From: Clostridia bacterium
GTDB taxonomy: Bacteria; Bacillota; Clostridia; TANB77; CAG-508
Direction of reading: 5' to 3'
DNA length: 64,000 nt
Assembly: GCA_017430135.1 (NCBI GenBank)
Contig: JAFRNM010000004.1
Span: 69,499-133,498 of the forward strand
Made by a program: the position numbers and the translations under genes. Shown here one piece after another: positions 57,836 through 64,000 of this stretch. Below the pieces are notes generated by a model. It did no database searches. It was not told the origin of the DNA and worked only from the letters and a program-made list of their open reading frames with translations. Position 1 is the first letter of the stretch. Each line of letters begins with the position of its first letter.

Positions 57836-58723
57836 ATGTTTAATAGTATAATAGGAAATGATAAAGTTAAAAATTATTTAGAAGCTTCAATTGAGAATGG
57901 TAAGACATCACATAGCTATATGTTTGTTGGAATTGAAGGGATTGGCAAAAGGTTGGTTGCTATGGATTTTGCTAAAAGGGTGCTTTGCTTGAATGAAAGT
58001 GATGGAGATTGTAGTTGTAAATCGTGTCTTGAGTTCAAATCTAGTAATCATCCAGATTTTAATGTTATTGAGCCAGATGGAAATAGTTTGAAGATTGAAC
58101 AAGTAAGAGAGCTTCAGAGGAAAATTCAAGAGAAACCAATTATTTCTAATAAAAAAATATACATAATAGACGATGCTGAGAAGATGACAACAGAGGCTCA
58201 AAACTGCTTGCTAAAGACTTTAGAGGAACCACCAGAGTTTGCAATTTTAATATTAGTAGGAAGTAATGAAAGTTTATTTTTAGATACTATAAAGTCAAGA
58301 TGTATAATTCTTCATTTTGATAAAATTGATAATAATGATTTAAAAGATTTTTTAAATAAAAATTTTGAACTACAAGTTAAGGATGAAGTTTTAAAAATCT
58401 TTCAAGGAAGTATAGGGAAAGCAATCGAACTTAAGGATAAAATAGAAGAGTACGAGCAAATTGGAAATATGTTGAAGCAATTAAATAAAAAGGACATGCT
58501 TGAAATAATCAGCATGGCAAAACCTATTTATGAAGCAAAAGAAGAAATCTATTCAATATTAGAATATATAAATGTTGAATTATTGGAACTTTCTAAAGAA
58601 AATTATCAATTCACAAAATGTATAGAAATTGTGGAAAATACAAAGGAAAGATTGAAAAATAATGGAAATTATGATATGTGTATAGATAATTTGTTATTTA
58701 ACATGTGGAGGGAAGTTAATTGA
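57836..58723 (+). CDS. holB: DNA polymerase III delta-prime subunit.
   Basis: SHSYMFVGIEGIGKRLVA P-loop-like segment. Zn module CLNESDGDCSCKSC. holB-yaaT synteny. Confidence 0.8.
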   Translation: MFNSIIGNDKVKNYLEASIENGKTSHSYMFVGIEGIGKRLVAMDFAKRVLCLNESDGDCSCKSCLEFKSSNHPDFNVIEPDGNSLKIEQVRELQRKIQEKPIISNKKIYIIDDAEKMTTEAQNCLLKTLEEPPEFAILILVGSNESLFLDTIKSRCIILHFDKIDNNDLKDFLNKNFELQVKDEVLKIFQGSIGKAIELKDKIEEYEQIGNMLKQLNKKDMLEIISMAKPIYEAKEEIYSILEYINVELLELSKENYQFTKCIEIVENTKERLKNNGNYDMCIDNLLFNMWREVN

Positions 58724-59619
58724 AAAAAATAGTAGGTGTTAGATTTAAAAAATTGGGTAAAATATATTTCTTTAACCCAGAAAGATTATATATAAAAAAA
58801 GGTGATATGGTTGTTGTTGAAACAGCTCAGGGAGAAGAACTTGGAGAAGTTATGATTCCAAATAGAATGGTAGAAGACGAAAAGATTATTGCACCATTAA
58901 AAAAGGTTGTTAGAATTGCAACTAAGAGAGATATAAAGCATGCAGAAGAATGCAAAAAGAATGAAAAAGATGCTTTTACATTATGCGAAAAGAAAATAAA
59001 AGAACATGGATTAGAAATGACATTGACAGATGTTGAATTTAAATTTGACAATAGCAAGATTTTATTCTACTTTACAGCAGATGGAAGAGTAGATTTTAGA
59101 GAGCTTGTTAAAGACTTAGCAGCAGTTTATAAAACAAGAATTGAATTAAGACAAATCGGTGTAAGAGACGAAGTTAAGAGAATCTGTGGAAATGGCGTGT
59201 GTGGTAGAGAATTATGCTGTTGTACTTTCTTAAGTGACTTTGAACCAGTAACAATAAAAATGGCAAAAGAGCAAAACATATCATTAAATCCATCAAAAAT
59301 TTCTGGAAATTGTGGACGACTAATGTGTTGTCTAAAATTCGAAGACAATGTTTACAAAGAAAAATTAAAACATTTACCTCATATTGGAGCAATTGTTAAA
59401 ACAGAAGATGGTGAGGGAGAAGTAGATGGAGTAGAGACTCTAAAAGAAAGAGTTAGAGTAAAAATAAAAAATGATGATGGAGATGGATTCATATATAAAA
59501 GATATGATGCCAAGGATGTAAAAGTAATAAAAGATGCAGAAGGAGAAAGACTTGATGAAGAAGAATTAAAAAATAAAAAGGAACTTGAAGAATTAGAAAA
59601 ACTAGAAAAAGAAAACTAA
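58720..59619 (+). CDS. ricT: PSP1-domain stage 0 sporulation protein YaaT / RicT.
   Basis: VGVRFKKLGKIYFFNPE... PSP1 C-terminal domain. Cys clusters CGNGVCGRELCCC and GNCGRLMCC. Overlaps the holB stop. Confidence 0.8.
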   Translation: MKKIVGVRFKKLGKIYFFNPERLYIKKGDMVVVETAQGEELGEVMIPNRMVEDEKIIAPLKKVVRIATKRDIKHAEECKKNEKDAFTLCEKKIKEHGLEMTLTDVEFKFDNSKILFYFTADGRVDFRELVKDLAAVYKTRIELRQIGVRDEVKRICGNGVCGRELCCCTFLSDFEPVTIKMAKEQNISLNPSKISGNCGRLMCCLKFEDNVYKEKLKHLPHIGAIVKTEDGEGEVDGVETLKERVRVKIKNDDGDGFIYKRYDAKDVKVIKDAEGERLDEEELKNKKELEELEKLEKEN

Positions 59620-59764
59620 AAAATCGGCTTAGCCGATTTTTTTTAGTTTTCTACTATTGCATATAATTGTGGATACGAAATCATTAACATGATTTCGACC
59701 ACAATTCATTTTTAACATAAATAATTATAATTTAATATTATAAATAAAAAAAGGGGGTGATTTT

Positions 59765-60799
59765 ATAAAAAACAAAATATTAAAAAGTGTATTATTATTT
59801 ATTATTTTATGTATTTCAGGTTATACATCAATTTATGCATTAACTCCTAAAGATGAATTCATTTATGAAGGGATTGATGTTAGTAGTTGGCAAAGAAACA
59901 TAAATTTTGAAGAGGTTAGAAATGCTGGAATTCAAGTTGTATATATTAAGGCGAGTGAGGGGTATGCTTTAAAAGATCCATATTTAGAACAAAATTATGC
60001 AAATGCTAAAGCAAATGGATTAAAAATTGGATTTTATCATTTTGTAACCGCGAAATCGGTTGAAGAAGCTAGAAGACAGGCAGACTTTTTTGCGTCTGTA
60101 ATTGCAGGAAAAGAATATGATTGTAAGCCTGCAATGGATTATGAAAAATTCTTTGGAGAAGGCAAGGCAGAAATAAATGAAATAGCACTAGCATTTATGC
60201 AAAGACTTTCTCAATTAACGGGAAAAGATGTTATTGTTTATAGTAATTTAAACAATATTAAAAATACTTTTGGAGATGATGTCGCTTTAGAAGGTGATTT
60301 GTGGCTTGCATATTATAGCAATCCTAATAATCTGATAAATTTAAATGCTAGCTGGGATACGTATATTGGTATTCAATATACAAGTACAGGTAGAGTTCCA
60401 GGAATATCTGGAAATGTAGATAGAGACAAATTTTCAAAGGAAATATTAATTGGTTCAGGTAGTCCGCCAGAAAATAATCCTCAAAAGATAACATATAAAA
60501 TAAAATGGGGAGATACCTTGTGGGCAATATCAAGGAAATATGGAGTTTCAATACAAGATTTGGTTAATTGGAATAATATAAAAAATCCTAATTTAATATT
60601 TGCTGGAAATACACTTGTAATATACACAAATAGCTCAGGTGGTTATCAAACATCTGAAAATACTTATATAGTAAAAAAAGGAGATACTCTTTGGGGAATA
60701 TCTATGAGGTATGGAACAACAGTAAATAGGCTTGTAGCATTAAATGGAATAAGAAATAGAAACTTAATATATCCAGGACAAATAATAAGGCTTTACTAA
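59765..60799 (+). CDS. Secreted GH25 family lysozyme (muramidase) with two C-terminal LysM domains. No canonical start codon is present.
   Basis: The open frame from 59744 encodes a signal peptide (KNKILKSVLLFIILCISGYTSIYA) and a GH25 catalytic region (GIDVSSWQ...VYIKASEG...GFYHF). Two LysM repeats follow (YKIKWGDTLWAISRKYG and YIVKKGDTLWGISMRYG). There is no in-frame ATG/GTG/TTG before 60134. The best candidate start is the ATA at 59765, downstream of the AAAGGGGGTGA RBS. Confidence 0.6.
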   Translation: MKNKILKSVLLFIILCISGYTSIYALTPKDEFIYEGIDVSSWQRNINFEEVRNAGIQVVYIKASEGYALKDPYLEQNYANAKANGLKIGFYHFVTAKSVEEARRQADFFASVIAGKEYDCKPAMDYEKFFGEGKAEINEIALAFMQRLSQLTGKDVIVYSNLNNIKNTFGDDVALEGDLWLAYYSNPNNLINLNASWDTYIGIQYTSTGRVPGISGNVDRDKFSKEILIGSGSPPENNPQKITYKIKWGDTLWAISRKYGVSIQDLVNWNNIKNPNLIFAGNTLVIYTNSSGGYQTSENTYIVKKGDTLWGISMRYGTTVNRLVALNGIRNRNLIYPGQIIRLY

Positions 60800-60815
60800 A
60801 AAAAAAAACTGAAAT

Positions 60816-61934
60816 CTATGATTTCAGTTTCTCTTTTTTTCTAGATGGTATTAAGAAAAATGCTCCTAATATTATCGGTAAATAGAATGTGTATAGTCTC
60901 CAGAATAGTATTGACAAATTTATTGTACCTTGTTTGAAAATGGAATTAAATATTAATAAAAATCCACCTTCAGCACCGCCTCCTGAACCTGGAGTAGGTA
61001 TAAATGTCATAATTAAAAGTAATATTGCTTGTGCTGGTACAATTTGGAAATAGCTTACTCCTTCATTTCCAAAAGCTCTATAAACAAAGTAGGTAATTGA
61101 ATAATAAAGCATACTTTGAATTATAGCGCTAACAAAAATTCCAACAATTGTTTTTGGGTAGTGTTTCATATTTTTAAATTGTGTGCTAAAATTTGAAACA
61201 CTTTCATCAAATTTTTCAATAGTTTTATCTTTATCTTTAACAATATGAAGTTTTGCCCCAAGTTTTATAAATGGCTTGCAAATGCTTACAATAATTCCCT
61301 TTTTTATTCCTGCTAATAACACAAATACAATAGCTAAAAGATTTACCACAAAGCTTAAAATAACAATCCACATGTAATCTTTCATCAAATCTTTTAAAAA
61401 GTCAAACTGTGCAAGAATTATTACAGTTGTAAAAATGGCTAGAGCTGTTTGAGTTATAATAAATTTCATGGTCATAGCAGAAAGTGAATCACTAACTCTT
61501 TTTCCTTCTTTTGATAACTCATATGCTTGCATAGGTTGTCCACCAGAAGCAAAAGGAGTTATATTGTTAAATAATTGACCTATCATTGCAACTCTAAAAG
61601 AATCTTTAAACTTTTGCTTTTTATACATAGTTTTAAGTGGGAGATGGAGGGTTAGAGCATCACATATAAACCATAAAATCAAAATTCCAATTCCACCAAA
61701 AACCCATCTATAATCAACAGATTTTAAAAGCTGAATTATATTATCAAGACCATCAACAGTTATCATGTAAATTGTTAGCCCTACAAAAATAGCTAAAATA
61801 AGAATAATACTAATAATATTCATTTTCTTATTTTTAGGTTTTTCATTGGGATTTTCTACTATTTCAGCATCAATGTTTTGGTCATCTAAATTTTCTAAAT
61901 TATTTTTATCCATAATTAACCTCATTTTTTTCAA
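60816..61934 (-). CDS. Integral membrane protein of the UPF0104 / lysylphosphatidylglycerol-synthase-TM-region (flippase-like) family.
   Basis: Eight TM helices. Conserved FRVAMIGQLFNNITPFASGGQPMQAYEL motif. GGGAEGG loop near the C-terminus. Confidence 0.65.
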   Translation of the reverse strand: MKKMRLIMDKNNLENLDDQNIDAEIVENPNEKPKNKKMNIISIILILAIFVGLTIYMITVDGLDNIIQLLKSVDYRWVFGGIGILILWFICDALTLHLPLKTMYKKQKFKDSFRVAMIGQLFNNITPFASGGQPMQAYELSKEGKRVSDSLSAMTMKFIITQTALAIFTTVIILAQFDFLKDLMKDYMWIVILSFVVNLLAIVFVLLAGIKKGIIVSICKPFIKLGAKLHIVKDKDKTIEKFDESVSNFSTQFKNMKHYPKTIVGIFVSAIIQSMLYYSITYFVYRAFGNEGVSYFQIVPAQAILLLIMTFIPTPGSGGGAEGGFLLIFNSIFKQGTINLSILFWRLYTFYLPIILGAFFLIPSRKKEKLKS

Positions 61935-62084
61935 TATGAATATATGTTAGCATAAATTTTAACAAAAAGCAATATAGTAAAAGGCGTAATATTTAATAGT
62001 ATTATCAAGCACAAAAAATAAAGACAACATATTGACAATGTATATAAAACATAGTATAATATTTTTACAGGGAAGGTGATTTTT

Positions 62085-62534
62085 ATGGCCCAAACATTAG
62101 TAAATATTCGTATGGACGAAGAATTAAAAAAGAACATGGATGAAATATGTAAAGAATTAGGAATAACAATGAGTGCAGCATTTAATATGTTTGCAAAAAA
62201 GATGACAAGAGAAAAAAGAATACCTTTTGATGTATCAATTTCAGATATTAAAAAAGAAAATTCAGAAGTAGGTCAGTTATCAGTAAATGATGAAGATGTT
62301 ATTTATCTTACTCAAAACGGCTATAATCCTAAAGTTGTTATGAGTTTGGAAAAATATTTTAAAATGACCGAAGAAAAAGAATTAAATAAATCAATTGAGA
62401 AGATGTTTGGAAATGTGGATATTGAAAAAGAATTAGAAGAAGCGGAAGAGGCAATAGATAATCCTAATACAAAATACTTGACTCATGAAGAAATATTTGC
62501 AAAAGCAAGGAGGTTAATTGATGCCAAAAAGTAA
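62085..62534 (+). CDS. Fused antitoxin-like protein: an N-terminal RelB/DinJ (RHH) domain plus a C-terminal Phd/YefM-like domain. No adjacent toxin gene.
   Basis: AQTLVNIRMDEELKKNMDEICKELGITMSAAFNMFAKKMTREKRIPFDVS matches the DinJ/RelB pattern. EDVIYLTQNGYNPKVVMSLEKYFKM matches the Phd/YefM core. Start is the ATG at 62085 after GGAAGGTGA. Confidence 0.55.
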   Translation: MAQTLVNIRMDEELKKNMDEICKELGITMSAAFNMFAKKMTREKRIPFDVSISDIKKENSEVGQLSVNDEDVIYLTQNGYNPKVVMSLEKYFKMTEEKELNKSIEKMFGNVDIEKELEEAEEAIDNPNTKYLTHEEIFAKARRLIDAKK

Positions 62535-62614
62535 TAGCATATTGTAGGAGAAAATTGGAAAATATATTATAGATCAAAAAAGCTGAAATCATTGATTTCA
62601 GCTTTTTATTAATT

Positions 62615-63571
62615 TTATTCAGCTTTATTTGTCATAGCTTCTAGGTCTAATAATTCTTGCCATCTCTTATCAACTTCTTTTTGGAATTCTTCAATCATCC
62701 ATTCATTTCCAGGTTTAAACATGTGTTTAAATCTTTTTTGTGGTTTTAGGAATTCTTCAATTGGAAGTTTATTTTTTGGTTTATAAGTAATTTTATAAAC
62801 ACCATCTACAACTTCATATAAAGGCCAGTAGCATGTTTCAACAGCTAATTTATTTATTTGCATTAAATCTTCTGTTGCATATCCCCAACCTCTAGGGCAA
62901 GGAGACATTACGTTTAAGAAACATGGACCTTCTGTGTAAATTGCTTTTTCAGCTTTTTCATATAAATCTTTTAAATTATCAACTGCAATTGTTTGAGCAA
63001 CATAAGGTAGGTGATGACTTGCCATGATTTCTGTTAAATCTTTTCTAGATTGCATTTTACCAGGTACAACTTTTCCAGCAGGAGAAGTTGTAGTATCTGC
63101 AAATCTAGGAGTAGCAGAAGATCTTTGAATACCTGTGTTCATGTATGCACCATTATCATAGCATACATAAACCATATCATGTCCTCTTTCCATTGCACCA
63201 GATAATGATTGTAAACCTATATCATAAGTTCCACCATCTCCACCAAATGCGATGAATTTTGTATGTTCATCTGCTGGTAATTTTCCTTGTTTTTTAAGTG
63301 ATTTATAAGCAGCTTCTGCGCCAGATAAAGTAGCTCCAGCACATTCAAAAGCTGTGTGTATAAAAGAATCTGTCCAAGCTGAATAAGGGTAGATGAAAGT
63401 AGAAACTTCCATACATCCTGTTGCACAGCATACTACAGCATGATCTTCTGGTTTTACAGCTCTCATTATATGCCTTGCAACAACTGGAGCACCACAACCA
63501 GCACACATTCTGTGACCTTCTGTAAATCTTGAAGGAGTTTCAGCCATTATTTTTCTAACATTATAAGCCAT
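62615..63571 (-). CDS. porB: 2-oxoacid (pyruvate):ferredoxin oxidoreductase beta subunit (TPP-binding).
   Basis: CAGCG cysteine motif and TPP-binding GGDGGTYDIGLQSL...YDNGAYMNTG. Confidence 0.85.
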   Translation of the reverse strand: MAYNVRKIMAETPSRFTEGHRMCAGCGAPVVARHIMRAVKPEDHAVVCCATGCMEVSTFIYPYSAWTDSFIHTAFECAGATLSGAEAAYKSLKKQGKLPADEHTKFIAFGGDGGTYDIGLQSLSGAMERGHDMVYVCYDNGAYMNTGIQRSSATPRFADTTTSPAGKVVPGKMQSRKDLTEIMASHHLPYVAQTIAVDNLKDLYEKAEKAIYTEGPCFLNVMSPCPRGWGYATEDLMQINKLAVETCYWPLYEVVDGVYKITYKPKNKLPIEEFLKPQKRFKHMFKPGNEWMIEEFQKEVDKRWQELLDLEAMTNKAE

Positions 63572-64000
63572 TATTTTTCCTCCTTTCTTAATCCTAAATA
63601 TCTATAAGGATTTTCAACTTTTCCAGTTTTAACAATTTCTTGTAAATCTGAATAAACTGATTCAATTTGTGTTGATGTAGTATCTCTACCACCAATTCCA
63701 TAAACATAGTTTACAGTTGGAACATTAACTCCATTTACAAACATGCTAGATGTAACATCACTAAATAATGCACCACCAATAGCATTTAAAGAATCAGATT
63801 TATCTAAAACTGCAACTGCTTTTACATGAGAAAGTGCTTTTGCAACTTCTTCTCCAGGGAATGGTCTATAAACTCTTATTTTTAATAGACCAGCTTTAAT
63901 TCCTTTATCTCTTAATTCATCTACAACAAATTTTGTAGTTCCAGCAGTTGAGTTCATACAAACTATTGCGATTTCTGCATCTTCTAATTTATATTCTTCA
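63571..64000 (-). CDS. porA: 2-oxoacid:ferredoxin oxidoreductase alpha subunit, C-terminal part. The gene continues beyond the window end.
   Basis: The minus-strand frame stays open to nt 64000 (...EEYKLEDAEIAIVCMNSTAGTTKFVVDELRDKG...). The Met at 63957 is internal. The stop overlaps the porB start. Confidence 0.75.
   Translation of the reverse strand, partial: EEYKLEDAEIAIVCMNSTAGTTKFVVDELRDKGIKAGLLKIRVYRPFPGEEVAKALSHVKAVAVLDKSDSLNAIGGALFSDVTSSMFVNGVNVPTVNYVYGIGGRDTTSTQIESVYSDLQEIVKTGKVENPYRYLGLRKEEK

Noticed and set aside
60348-60551. A 67-aa minus-strand ORF inside the LysM region of the lysozyme gene.
   Set aside because: It is antisense to well-conserved LysM repeats with no translation signals.
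1-64000. CRISPR array, integrase or transposase search.
   Set aside because: No regularly spaced 25-40 bp direct repeats with unique spacers were seen. No ORF shows tyrosine or serine recombinase, or DDE transposase motifs. The repeats that are present are palindromic REP-like elements and structured GC-rich elements, not CRISPR repeats.

Overview
The window is 64 kb of chromosome from a low-GC (~28%) spore-forming Firmicute of the class Clostridia. Gene order matches the origin-proximal region of Bacillus/Clostridium genomes: spoIIE, topA, tex, gdpP-rplI-dnaB, tilS, ftsH, rluD/rluB, murE-mraY-ftsW-murG, holB-yaaT and porAB. Accessory material is interleaved with this core: two giant modular surface proteins, a cell-wall hydrolase followed by immunity-like small ORFs, a long coiled-coil protein next to a tRNA-Gly/tRNA-Cys locus with tandem tRNA-fragment repeats, and a cassette upstream of murE. 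That cassette (about 44.5-49.5 kb) carries a winged-HTH / replication-relaxation-like protein, a SpoVK-like AAA+ ATPase and two tandem MazF/PemK-domain fusion proteins in a GC-atypical segment. Two dispersed non-coding repeat families are visible. The first is a post-genic palindromic REP-like family built on the 20-mer TTTTTGGGACACTCTTAAAA, found at 6 loci (a seventh possible weak member at 26075). The second is a ~160-200 bp GC-rich structured element present in 3 copies, with copy-specific compensatory flanking stems and a covarying internal helix, which suggests a structured ncRNA. Other oddities are a frameshifted orphan sensor kinase, tandem duplicated signal peptidases, a GH25-LysM lysozyme with no canonical start codon, an orphan fused RelB/DinJ-Phd antitoxin-like gene, and a perfect sigma-A promoter driving a ~75 nt terminated transcript convergent with a strongly ribosome-binding-site (RBS)-led 31-aa ORF. 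No CRISPR array, integrase or transposase was found.
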